From a virus (lineage: Duplodnaviria; Caudoviricetes): 64,000 nt of DNA. Both the position numbers and the translations under genes were made by a program. The DNA lies in the IMG/VR virus record IMGVR_UViG_3300032327_000792. One strand, given 5' to 3'. This document shows positions 37,948-47,109 of this stretch, one piece after another (within the stretch, counting starts at the first letter, position 1; the number at the start of each line of letters is the position of its first letter). Under the pieces are notes generated by a model. That model did not search any database. It saw only the letters and a program-made list of their open reading frames with translations, and was not told the DNA's origin.

Positions 37948-40900
37948 TTAACTCGCTGTAGCCACTGTTGACAAGCTACTTGAAATTTCTCCAGTGTTCT
38001 TGATGCGCAATGGAATGTAGATAAATTCAACTGCTTTGACTGGCTCAATTGCAATGTCAACATACAATTCATTGGCATCAATACGTGTTGGTGTATTATT
38101 GGTCAAGTCACAGACCACTAGGTAATCATAGATACCGCGTTTGTTTACCAAGTCAATCATCAAACTATCAATGGAGTTCTTGATCTCATTTCTAGTGATT
38201 TGATCGTTGGGTTCAAACAAGAATGTTTTGGCAATTTCTGTCAATCTACCACGAATAAATGCTACCAAACGTGCTACGTTGATACGATCCATCGCTGTGG
38301 CCACATTAGTGACAGTCTTGTTACCAAAGTTGGTGATACCAATACCCGGTACAAATGTAATTGGATTGATATCTTGTTCGTACAGCACGTCACGTAGACC
38401 TTGACGTACACCAATTGATTCAAATTCACCTGTGGCAGAGTTAACATAACCAATACGTGCAGCATTGTCAATCACTCCACGACGTGTACCGGCCGGTGCC
38501 AACCATGGAAATGCCACTTCGTCACTGCGAATAATAGTACGGATCATCATGTGGCTTGGTGGTTGTACCACCGGTGAGCCTGATAAATCTGTTGTTTGGC
38601 AACTTGGGTAAAACACTCCCAAATACACATCAGAAACGTTTAAGCCGTCTTCTGTTGCAGTACCAGCTCCGCCATTGTTGGTTGCCCAATTGGTAATTTC
38701 TGCACTGTCTGGGCCCAATCTCAATGGTGTATCACCAATTACAAATGCTGTGTTGTTGCGTTCGTTGTTGAGTGCAACCATGTTGATCATTAGTTCTGGA
38801 TATTGCGGACATGCAATCAAGTTAAACTGACGTTGTTCCTCACGAACCTCAATGTTGGCATCAATACCGGCTTTGAGAGCCGACACTATCAAAGCACGTT
38901 GAGCTTGACGACCCATGTAGGGTGATCCATTGGCTTTGTTGCCTGATGCTGTTACCCATGCATTGGTTTGTGTGGGCAATACATCATCTGGGAAAGCAGT
39001 GGCATTGAAATAATCTACCTGGAATGATTTGACGTTGAATCCTGAACGGCGTGTGTTGAACAACAACATGCCCTGTGGAAATAGTGAAGGATCCGGTGCA
39101 TCTAGGTCCAAATAGTTTGAAGTCAACAAACTTGTGATTGTTGGAATAGCTCCTGTGATTGGATCGGTTGTGCCATTGGTTGCCCAACGTGCATCTGCAA
39201 ACAACACACCATTTTCTGTGGTTTGATCTGTGTTGTCCAAAGTTACCCACTGGTCAACTCCATCAACCAAACTCCAACGATTGATCACTGGATAGTTTTC
39301 TAAATCGCTGGTATCAATCCATAAGTCGCCATATTGCAATGGACTCTGTGCTGTGTTGTTTTGAGTTGTTGGTGCTGTTGCACTGAACTGTGGTCCTGAG
39401 GCATTGGTTAAACTCAAATTATCACCACGCACATCGTTTACAACGTTTTGATAGCCAAACCATGCTCCGTTGTTTTGAATCATGATATCAGCTTGATTTG
39501 TTGCTGAATAGTACCACAGACGTCCGTCGGCTGGATCTTGATCTGGTGCTGTTGAACTAGCAGTGTAGGAAAATCCAATGGTAGAGTCTGTAAAATTAGA
39601 AAGAACCAACTGGCCAGCTGTGGAACCACCTACTCGGACTCCTTCAATACTAGTATTGAATCCTGCTGTTGAAATTGGTGTGCCTTGGCCTGCTACCGGA
39701 GTCAACACAATTTCGCCGCCTGCACTGTGAGTGAATACAATGGCCCCATCACTGTTGACGCTTGCGCTTACATATGGTGCAAATGTTGTGGTTCCCACAG
39801 CAGCCGACACTGCTGTCACAAACGCAGAGGCTGTAGTTCCACTCAGTATGGCTGTGACCGGTGACGGTAGTGCCGATACCCCCGGAACACTGGCTGTAAT
39901 TGTGAACCGGTTACCAGATACAAATGTAGGAGCTGTGTTAGACCCAGTGATGTTCACAGACCCGGTGGCAAACGATTCAAGAATTATCAAACCCAATGTA
40001 TCAGGGCTAGCAAATGTTGGATTTAATCTTGCAAAAGTTGTACCTACTGGAATATTGACTCCGCCACCTGCAGGATCAAGAACATACAATGCCTCGTGCT
40101 GAGTAGCAAAGATTGGACACGATTGTTGAATAAATGTTCCAAGCGTTGAATTGAACTTCTTGATCACAATGTTTGCACCAAGATTTACATTGGTTGTTTT
40201 TTGCCATACTGATCCTGTTGGCTCCGGAGTTGTTTGACTAGAACCCCAGCGTGGTACTGTGTAGTGTGGGCTGGCCTGGAATGCAGGAGCAAAATAATAA
40301 GTTGAGCTGGCAGTGGCTGTAATACCCAAACTTGCCAAAGGTGTTCCTGATCCGTTGTCAATTTCAACAATGCCTTCGCCTAATGTACTGCCATCTGCTT
40401 GAGCAGTTGAGTCTGCATAGATTGTTAATTTACCATCAATTGTGGCAGCATATACACCAGTGATGCTGGCAGAGTTGATTGAGTTTGCCAAAGTGTTTAC
40501 TGTAGAACCGTTGGTGATAGTAACGGTAGTTCCATTGATGATGATACTGCCAGCACTGAGAGTTGATGGAGCCAATGTGCCTTGGATTGTAGGCCATGAT
40601 GTTTTCCATTCATTGCTGCCAACTTGTACCCAGGTATTGTATAAAACACTAATTGATGTGGCACTGGTTTGACTAGAAGTAGGGCCGCCACGTTTGAAAT
40701 ATCCAGGATTGTTCAAGTTGGTTGCTGTGATTGCATAATCTCCAATGCTACCAATGCTTTGTAAAGGCACAGTTGAACTGGGTACTAAATCTGCTGAGTC
40801 GGTAATAACTAGAGGTACTTGGTTGGTAAATGCACCAGTTGTAATGTTCCACTGAAAAATACCCCACACAGTATTTGCTGTGTCTAGCCAGTATGTTCCG

Positions 40901-41295
40901 TTATCAGGGTTACCTGTTGGACGTGTTAGTGTAGCAGTAAGTTCTGCTAGATCAATGTCTGCACGTTGAACGTAAGCACGATTAGTTACACCCAATGCTG
41001 AGTACGCGGCCAACAAGCCATATTCGTTTAGCTCGTAACCGTTGATTGGTGTACCAGCTGTGGTTTTGTAAAAGAATGGATTGCCAAATGTAGCAGCCAA
41101 ATCACGTTGACTGTCAATCAAGTACACTCTGTTAGCATTGGCGGCCAATGTACCTGCGGCAACACCTGCGCCTGTGCCAGAAATTTTGTTCTGTGCAGTG
41201 GCGATTAAAATATAGGGGACCGAGTTGGTAGCTGCAGGGATATATTGACTTTCGTCAATAACTGTTACTTCTACGCCTGGTGATAATAGTGCCAT
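37948..41295 (-). CDS. gp18: tail sheath protein with a large internal insertion (1115 aa)
   Basis: LSPGVEVTVIDES N-terminus; WLAPAG.RRG, INPI, GNKT, RINVARL, FEPND, PVKAVEFIY C-terminus. Confidence 0.95.
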   Translation of the reverse strand: MALLSPGVEVTVIDESQYIPAATNSVPYILIATAQNKISGTGAGVAAGTLAANANRVYLIDSQRDLAATFGNPFFYKTTAGTPINGYELNEYGLLAAYSALGVTNRAYVQRADIDLAELTATLTRPTGNPDNGTYWLDTANTVWGIFQWNITTGAFTNQVPLVITDSADLVPSSTVPLQSIGSIGDYAITATNLNNPGYFKRGGPTSSQTSATSISVLYNTWVQVGSNEWKTSWPTIQGTLAPSTLSAGSIIINGTTVTITNGSTVNTLANSINSASITGVYAATIDGKLTIYADSTAQADGSTLGEGIVEIDNGSGTPLASLGITATASSTYYFAPAFQASPHYTVPRWGSSQTTPEPTGSVWQKTTNVNLGANIVIKKFNSTLGTFIQQSCPIFATQHEALYVLDPAGGGVNIPVGTTFARLNPTFASPDTLGLIILESFATGSVNITGSNTAPTFVSGNRFTITASVPGVSALPSPVTAILSGTTASAFVTAVSAAVGTTTFAPYVSASVNSDGAIVFTHSAGGEIVLTPVAGQGTPISTAGFNTSIEGVRVGGSTAGQLVLSNFTDSTIGFSYTASSTAPDQDPADGRLWYYSATNQADIMIQNNGAWFGYQNVVNDVRGDNLSLTNASGPQFSATAPTTQNNTAQSPLQYGDLWIDTSDLENYPVINRWSLVDGVDQWVTLDNTDQTTENGVLFADARWATNGTTDPITGAIPTITSLLTSNYLDLDAPDPSLFPQGMLLFNTRRSGFNVKSFQVDYFNATAFPDDVLPTQTNAWVTASGNKANGSPYMGRQAQRALIVSALKAGIDANIEVREEQRQFNLIACPQYPELMINMVALNNERNNTAFVIGDTPLRLGPDSAEITNWATNNGGAGTATEDGLNVSDVYLGVFYPSCQTTDLSGSPVVQPPSHMMIRTIIRSDEVAFPWLAPAGTRRGVIDNAARIGYVNSATGEFESIGVRQGLRDVLYEQDINPITFVPGIGITNFGNKTVTNVATAMDRINVARLVAFIRGRLTEIAKTFLFEPNDQITRNEIKNSIDSLMIDLVNKRGIYDYLVVCDLTNNTPTRIDANELYVDIAIEPVKAVEFIYIPLRIKNTGEISSSLSTVATAS

Positions 41296-41391
41296 GGTAA
41301 TTCCTTTTTCTAAGTTATAGATATTTATCGTATCGTCTCAAAAGAGTGATGTATTGTTGCCCTTTGCCAAAGGTTTTGTGTTAAATACAGC

Positions 41392-41739
41392 ATGAAAAGA
41401 CCTTTGTGCCCGGCTTGTCAGCAACGATTGTGTGCTGTAAACTACTATAGCGTTGGTATACCACACTATCGCAGTAGGTGCGAGACCTGCGTCAAGAAGA
41501 ATAAAAAAATCAAGCCGCCGACTCCCACGTGGCAAGCAGCAGGCTATAAGAAAAAAACCACATGTGATCGATGTGGCTTTAGAGCAAAATATTCAGCACA
41601 GTTGTTGGTTTACTATGTGGATGGCAATTTGCACAATGCCAATTTGCGAAACTTAAAAACTGTGTGTTTGAATTGTACCATTGAGATTCCTAGGCAGGAT
41701 TTGACTTGGCGACCCGGAGACCTTGAACCAGATCTGTGA
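41392..41739 (+). CDS. Zn-finger/degenerate HNH-like protein
   Basis: CPAC, CETC, CDRC, then YYVDGNLHN...NLKTVCLNC; TAAATA 4 nt before ATG. Confidence 0.6.
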   Translation: MKRPLCPACQQRLCAVNYYSVGIPHYRSRCETCVKKNKKIKPPTPTWQAAGYKKKTTCDRCGFRAKYSAQLLVYYVDGNLHNANLRNLKTVCLNCTIEIPRQDLTWRPGDLEPDL

Positions 41740-42334
41740 TCTGAGTGTACAAGTGATCTAGAGATCCGTTGTTGTCCAACACTGTGTCAAAGTCTGTTCC
41801 AGCCCATGCAGTTTCAGAAGCATGAACTACTAGCTGTTTGAGCAGTGCTTGATCGGACGAAATTCCAGCGTTGGCGCCTACAGCAGTGTTGTACCAGGCT
41901 GGATCTGGTCCACGGGCAACACGCACCACAATTCCGCCGGCATTTTTAATACTGTTGATTTCGTTGGGGAATCTGCAATCGCTGATCACAATGTCATCGC
42001 TACTGTTACGTAGTTTGTTTTCTAAACTGGCAATCCAGATATTGTCGTGAAATGTTCGACGACATACTTCTGTGCCCCAGTATTGCAGTACCCACCGTGG
42101 AGTCAAGTTGGGCATGTCCAACCGGGAGGCCCACCAAGGATCCACTTGTTCGCGCCATTCACGTGCTTGTCTAGTACGCCCTTCAATAAGCTCACGATCC
42201 CATCCGAACACCGAGGCTACAGCATCTTTGAGAGTGTTGGCAAATGACTCTCGTCTAAATTGATGTATATTTACAAGATAGTCTGCAATAGTATCTTTGC
42301 CTGTGCCTATAAATCCGCATACTCCAATAATCAT
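41690..42334 (-). CDS. gp1: deoxynucleoside monophosphate kinase (T4 gp1-like)
   Basis: GFIGTGKDT, FANTLKDAV, PRWVLQYWGTE, ISDCRFPNE, HASE. Confidence 0.9.
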   Translation of the reverse strand: MIIGVCGFIGTGKDTIADYLVNIHQFRRESFANTLKDAVASVFGWDRELIEGRTRQAREWREQVDPWWASRLDMPNLTPRWVLQYWGTEVCRRTFHDNIWIASLENKLRNSSDDIVISDCRFPNEINSIKNAGGIVVRVARGPDPAWYNTAVGANAGISSDQALLKQLVVHASETAWAGTDFDTVLDNNGSLDHLYTQITDLVQGLRVAKSNPA

Positions 42335-42978
42335 AAAAATCCTTCTATTGACTGATAAAAATCTTGGTGCGCTTTAAGTTCATAATGCATACCATCTAAT
42401 TTGTTATAGTGTCCATTACTACAAAAATCATACCATGACTGATTGAAAACTTTCTCTTTGTTTAATAACTTAAATCGCGGATCTGTTCTTTTCTGAGGCC
42501 AATCTGTGAATACAAAAATATAATCAATTTGATTGTTAACAAGATACTGTTGCATGGCCAAAATACTGTACATATTGTAATTAAAAAACCAATCTGTATC
42601 AAATTGTTTTAAAAATATGTTTCTAGCAATGTCTTTCATAAATTTGCCATTGCGATTAATGTCTTGATCAAGTTCAGCATCTCTGCTATGGATACTAAAC
42701 CAAGGTTCATGTACTTGATGTTCTTTGTAAAAGGGGATTTGTAATTCTATTCTTTCAAAGATGGCCCACTGTATACAAACAAAATCAACTGGATTTTTTT
42801 CTAAATAATCAATAGTTGTTCGTGTGATAGCATCGTTAGAAGAACCAGCATGAGCAATATTATTAATCGACCAATTTTTGTTTAGATTTGGCCAGGTCAG
42901 TTTACAAGCTAGATCTAAATTAGGATCCAACTCTGTGCCAGCAATATGACTACAGCCATTGACCATTGTCTGAATCAT
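42331..42978 (-). CDS. SGNH-like hypothetical protein
   Basis: NGCSHIAG, GSSND, DGMHY; AT-rich; similar type to 16940-17872. Confidence 0.5.
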   Translation of the reverse strand: MIQTMVNGCSHIAGTELDPNLDLACKLTWPNLNKNWSINNIAHAGSSNDAITRTTIDYLEKNPVDFVCIQWAIFERIELQIPFYKEHQVHEPWFSIHSRDAELDQDINRNGKFMKDIARNIFLKQFDTDWFFNYNMYSILAMQQYLVNNQIDYIFVFTDWPQKRTDPRFKLLNKEKVFNQSWYDFCSNGHYNKLDGMHYELKAHQDFYQSIEGFL

Positions 42979-43499
42979 CTCATCCCCTTGACGTTTAAAT
43001 GTTTGAATGTTTGTTGTAAAATATCAATTTGCTTGCGAGTGTCTTCTAGAGCGTGGTGACTGGTAGGAGGTACAGGACGGTCTGGCCAAAGGCTCAACAC
43101 TGTTCTGCTGTCTCTAATACGGTAAAACTTCCACGGTTGTGTTTTATTGTAACTTTTGTACGCATGTTCCAGGATGTTTATATCGTATGTAGGGCCTTGT
43201 GCCCAGATATAATCGTGTTGCCAGGCTAGCCGATATAGTTCGTCTAGAGCTTGATCCAATGGAACACGATCCTCTTCGGCAAATGCTTCAGCTTGTGCTA
43301 GAGGTTGAGTTGCCCACCAAGCCAGGGTATCATCCTGTATACAACGGTTTTCCTGACTTTCCAAAGTGATACGAGCATAATAATGACGGTTATAATGACC
43401 AGTTCCAAAAGGATCAAAGCTCTGGGCAGCTATGGTCAAAATAGCGGCATCTGGACCAGTGCCCAGGCCTTCGATGTCAATCATTAAATGTGAACTCAT
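42975..43499 (-). CDS. DEDD-type 3'-5' exonuclease
   Basis: MIDIE, WAQG..YDI..L, RDSRT, HHALED. Confidence 0.85.
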   Translation of the reverse strand: MSSHLMIDIEGLGTGPDAAILTIAAQSFDPFGTGHYNRHYYARITLESQENRCIQDDTLAWWATQPLAQAEAFAEEDRVPLDQALDELYRLAWQHDYIWAQGPTYDINILEHAYKSYNKTQPWKFYRIRDSRTVLSLWPDRPVPPTSHHALEDTRKQIDILQQTFKHLNVKGMR

Positions 43500-43505
43500 A
43501 GTGCT

Positions 43506-43534
43506 ATTGTAGCACTGTTTTAGTTCTGTGTCTA
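43506..43534 (-). promoter_or_regulatory. sigma70-like promoter TAGACA-17-TACAAT
   Basis: 17-bp spacer; ATG 6 nt after the -10. Confidence 0.55.
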
Positions 43535-43541
43535 GAGTGCG

Positions 43542-44309
43542 TTAGCCGATTACCCAGGTCAGTGGCTGTGAAGAATCAACATAATTTTTAAGATCTTCAA
43601 GACACTTATCCATGGCCATCTGTCCTTCTGACTTCATAGCAGAACCGTTTAGTGTACCACCGCCCTGTGGACCAGCAATAGTACCAAACTTTTCACGAGC
43701 TTCGCCAATGATGTATTTGCAATTAGCAACCATATAATCCCGGATCCACTGGCTGATTTGAAAATCACTGAGCAAGTTGATTTCTGGTTTTAGGTTGTAG
43801 GTCCAAAGCAAGACATTTTCTCCTGAGCCTTTAGGGTCTCGAATCAGTTGAATTTTTTTGGTCACTGGATTCCAGGTATAATTCATATAGCCACCAAACA
43901 TACGTGCTGCCAGTTCTACATATTGTGTATAGAAATCGTAGGTGGCAAGTCCGCCAGCTACGTTGAAGTTCATTAAATAAACGTTCATTGAGGCCTGTGT
44001 AAACGGATCAAAGTTTGATGCAAACGGTCCGGTTGAGTCACCAAATGTCCTACGGAAAACCTGACGTACTTGAATGACTTCCTGGGGCAATGTATAGATG
44101 CTTACGTCTTTTACAAGCTCTAAATAGTTGTAACTTTCTTCATAGGCTGCTTGGGCACGCTGACGATAAGTTCCAATAGTCTTTTGATAGGCCGCTTCAA
44201 AATGTTCAGCATCTAACTCAATATCAACAATTTGATCTCCAAGTTGTAGTCGTACATACTCAATGAGATTTTGTTTTAGGGTATCAAGTGTTGATTCAGG
44301 TAAAGACAT
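43542..44309 (-). CDS. gp13: neck protein (head-tail adaptor)
   Basis: LRLQLG...VDIELD..H, WIRDY..A..K...GEAR.KF..I.GPQGG.TLNG. Confidence 0.9.
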   Translation of the reverse strand: MSLPESTLDTLKQNLIEYVRLQLGDQIVDIELDAEHFEAAYQKTIGTYRQRAQAAYEESYNYLELVKDVSIYTLPQEVIQVRQVFRRTFGDSTGPFASNFDPFTQASMNVYLMNFNVAGGLATYDFYTQYVELAARMFGGYMNYTWNPVTKKIQLIRDPKGSGENVLLWTYNLKPEINLLSDFQISQWIRDYMVANCKYIIGEAREKFGTIAGPQGGGTLNGSAMKSEGQMAMDKCLEDLKNYVDSSQPLTWVIG

Positions 44310-44313
44310 ATAT

Positions 44314-44338
44314 TAGGAACTCCAGTTCCTATTATTTA
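44314..44338 (-). promoter_or_regulatory. late promoter TAAATA plus RBS-occluding hairpin in the gp13 leader
   Basis: TAGGAAC-TGGA-GTTCCTA perfect 7-bp stem (44331-44314) covering GGAG; TAAATA at 44338-44333. Confidence 0.6.
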
Positions 44339-45477
44339 CCAGCTCTAAGGATGATCATGTTCTCAGTGCCTCTACCGTTGAATTTGGTATCTGTGGCTCG
44401 GATATCTTTGAAATACTTGCGAGCCGCTGGTTTTCCACCTGCTAACAATGCTCGTATTTGATCTGCTGGCTTACGTAGAGTTTTTTGTACTGTGACGGCT
44501 GCATCAAATCCCAACAACATATTGTTCTTAACTGTAATTTCACCAATGTGTGTGTCTGCTACAACGTAGATCAGCTTGCGTTTTTTAGTGTCGTACAACC
44601 AAGCTTCGTTTGCTCCAACCAAACGTGCTGGTGGTTCGCTTTCAAGTTTGAGTTCTTCGAATGCTTTTAGGTATTTGAACTTGCGTGCTTGCGTTTCTGG
44701 ACTCACTGCTTTTTTGGCACGTGGTTTGCGTTCTACTTTTTTGATCTGTACATATGCGTTACAATCATTGATCACTGTTTCACAGAATTTGATCATGTTG
44801 CGTAACTGTATTTTTGAAAAGTTTGAATATCCTTCTACTAGGTCGCTGTCTCGACCTTCTACTGCTTCTTCAAATTCTGACAGACGTTGTTTCCAAATAT
44901 TGCTGATATTGCTGATCATCTGTGGTGCCACATTCATTCCGCGAATGGTAGCAATGGGCTTGATGTTTGCAGACATTTTTGCACCATCGGCCACAAACTC
45001 ATCAAACACACCTTCAAGTTCGCCAGCACACTCACTAACTTTTTCTTTAAGACGATCTTGAATGGTCACTCGGTTCTGTTCTGTTTCTTCTTCGGTGACC
45101 ACAATCTTGACTTCGTCTTTGATTCGGAGCATGGTGTCAATTTGTTCATTGATTTGCAATAACTCACGATCCGTTAACTTCAAACCAACTAAATTCATTC
45201 GACACACCCAGGCCGGAGTCAGTCTTATTTGGCTGTCTGGTATTGCTCTGATCTTTCGAGCATCTTTGGAACGATCGTTGTGTTCCAACCAATGCACAAT
45301 CATGTCTTTGGCATCTTTCTTGCCATAGTGATAGTTGTACCAGGCAAATCCCGCCGACAATGCACTGACTCGGTTGTCTTCAGGCTGAACTCTCCATTCG
45401 GGTTCGCCGCCGGTATATTTGATCTCTGCGCCTTTTGGGTTAAGAAGTTTGATTTGTTGTGTTTTAGATTTGATCAT
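44332..45477 (-). CDS. conserved hypothetical protein of T4-like phages (381 aa)
   Basis: AFxWYNY-like (AGFAWYNY), WLYDTKKRKL, KTLRKP, NGRGTENMIIL; own sigma70-like promoter. Confidence 0.7.
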   Translation of the reverse strand: MIKSKTQQIKLLNPKGAEIKYTGGEPEWRVQPEDNRVSALSAGFAWYNYHYGKKDAKDMIVHWLEHNDRSKDARKIRAIPDSQIRLTPAWVCRMNLVGLKLTDRELLQINEQIDTMLRIKDEVKIVVTEEETEQNRVTIQDRLKEKVSECAGELEGVFDEFVADGAKMSANIKPIATIRGMNVAPQMISNISNIWKQRLSEFEEAVEGRDSDLVEGYSNFSKIQLRNMIKFCETVINDCNAYVQIKKVERKPRAKKAVSPETQARKFKYLKAFEELKLESEPPARLVGANEAWLYDTKKRKLIYVVADTHIGEITVKNNMLLGFDAAVTVQKTLRKPADQIRALLAGGKPAARKYFKDIRATDTKFNGRGTENMIILRAGK

Positions 45478-45484
45478 AGTTTGT

Positions 45485-45513
45485 ATTATACTTGATTATG
45501 TTAATTTAGTAAA
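45485..45513 (-). promoter_or_regulatory. sigma70-like promoter TTTACT-17-TATAAT
   Basis: 17-bp spacer; ATG 7 nt after the -10. Confidence 0.6.
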
Positions 45514-45749
45514 CTAGCAAAGGTAATATGCTTTTCCAAATGAGCCAGTAATTCTTCAAAGTTTTGAAGCAGTTCTTGATATTTGATAGTTTCTTTTCGG
45601 AGTCTACGACACTCCACACTTTCTTTGTCCAATTCAGTATAAGCTGCTTCTGTGGATCTCAGCATGATCAACAAATCTCTACGAGCTACCTTGCTTTTTA
45701 CAGAGCCAATTTGGCTGTAGGCAACATCTATGCGTTTATCGTAGTCCAT
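45501..45749 (-). CDS. small helical hypothetical protein (start MDYDK at 45749)
   Basis: Follows a TTGACC-17-TATAAT promoter. Confidence 0.65.
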   Translation of the reverse strand: MDYDKRIDVAYSQIGSVKSKVARRDLLIMLRSTEAAYTELDKESVECRRLRKETIKYQELLQNFEELLAHLEKHITFASLLN

Positions 45750-45755
45750 TTTGTA

Positions 45756-45784
45756 ATTATACATAGTTTGTCATTACTGGTCAA
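45756..45784 (-). promoter_or_regulatory. sigma70-type promoter TTGACC-17-TATAAT
   Basis: -35 at 45784-45779, -10 at 45761-45756. Confidence 0.75.
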
Positions 45785-45805
45785 TCTGCCCATAAATAGT
45801 GTACT

Positions 45806-47107
45806 ATGCCAAGACTTAGCCTTTACCGTCCCAACAGAACCAACGACTATAAGTTCTTAGATCGTACTATCAGTGAAATGTACACCGTGGGCGGACTGGA
45901 TCTTTATATCCACAAATATCTAGGTCCAAAAACAGGCGATGTAGGAGACAACGATGCTACCATACCTGTGTACGATGAGCAAAATCCCCTGTTCATTGAA
46001 GATTTGTTGTTGGGGGAAAACAGAGACCGCGCATACGATCCTGACATTTACATCCTGCGCGGCGTTTATAGAACACAAGATGTTGACTTTGATTTAACAC
46101 AGTTTGGTTTATTTTTAAACAACGACACATTGTTTATCACATTCCACTTCAACGACATGATTGACACATTTGGTCGTAAGCTCATGAGCGGTGATGTGAT
46201 AGAAGTACCAAACTTAAAAGATTACTATCCGTTGGATGCGGCTGGTATTTACAAAGCTGTGCCAAGGTACTATGTGATACAAGATGCTGCCTATGCCTCT
46301 GAAGGATTTAGTCAAACATGGTTGCCTCATCTATGGCGTGTAAAAGCCACACCCATGGTCAATGCTCAAGAATATCAGGACATTATCAATCAACCGGCTG
46401 GACCAGACAACATATGGGATCCTGGTAATTTCTATCCTGGTGGAACTATTGTCAACAACGGTGATACATGGTACATCAGTACGCAACCTGTTCCACCTGG
46501 CACAGATATTACCGATACCGATTACTGGCGCCCAACTGATCCTCCAACACAGGGAGAACAAACCAGCACTCGTCCAAGAGATTTGGCCATCAACGATGCT
46601 ATTATCACACAGGCCTATGCCGAACTTCCACTCAGTGGATACGACACTGTCAAGTTCTATATTCTTCCAACCACAGTGGATGGCCAACCTGCACAGGCTG
46701 GTGCCACAGTAGATAACACAAGAGTCACAGTTGATGGTACCGAAGGTGCAGAAGGTACTACTCCCCGAGCAGATGGATACACATTAGGATACTTAACTGG
46801 GGACGGCATTGCGCCCAATGGATTACCCGTGACTCCGGGAGTAAGTTTTCCCACAAATCCAGTTGCCGGAGATTATGCCTTACGCTTGGATTACTTTCCA
46901 AATCGATTGTTTAGATTCAACGGTCGCACATGGATCAAGATTGAAGAAAAGGTACGCACTGATCTTAACTATGCAACTGGTGCACAGACACAGCGTGCAA
47001 GTTTTGTCAACAACACAGGCAACGTGGCCACAACTGATCGTGGATCAATTCCAAGTAGACAGAGTCTTTCTGAAATACTTAAACCTAGAGCAGACAACGG
47101 CGGTTAA
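45806..47107 (+). CDS. gp14: neck/head-closure protein
   Basis: LFIEDLLLGENRDRAYD, QFGLFL, GDVIEVP, WLPHLWR; TAAATA 7 nt before ATG. Confidence 0.75.
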   Translation: MPRLSLYRPNRTNDYKFLDRTISEMYTVGGLDLYIHKYLGPKTGDVGDNDATIPVYDEQNPLFIEDLLLGENRDRAYDPDIYILRGVYRTQDVDFDLTQFGLFLNNDTLFITFHFNDMIDTFGRKLMSGDVIEVPNLKDYYPLDAAGIYKAVPRYYVIQDAAYASEGFSQTWLPHLWRVKATPMVNAQEYQDIINQPAGPDNIWDPGNFYPGGTIVNNGDTWYISTQPVPPGTDITDTDYWRPTDPPTQGEQTSTRPRDLAINDAIITQAYAELPLSGYDTVKFYILPTTVDGQPAQAGATVDNTRVTVDGTEGAEGTTPRADGYTLGYLTGDGIAPNGLPVTPGVSFPTNPVAGDYALRLDYFPNRLFRFNGRTWIKIEEKVRTDLNYATGAQTQRASFVNNTGNVATTDRGSIPSRQSLSEILKPRADNGG

Positions 47108-47109
47108 TT

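Noticed and set aside
41690-42334. dNMP kinase as evidence for a modified base
   Set aside because: gp1-like kinases are common in T4-like phages with unmodified DNA, and no base-modifying synthase is in this window
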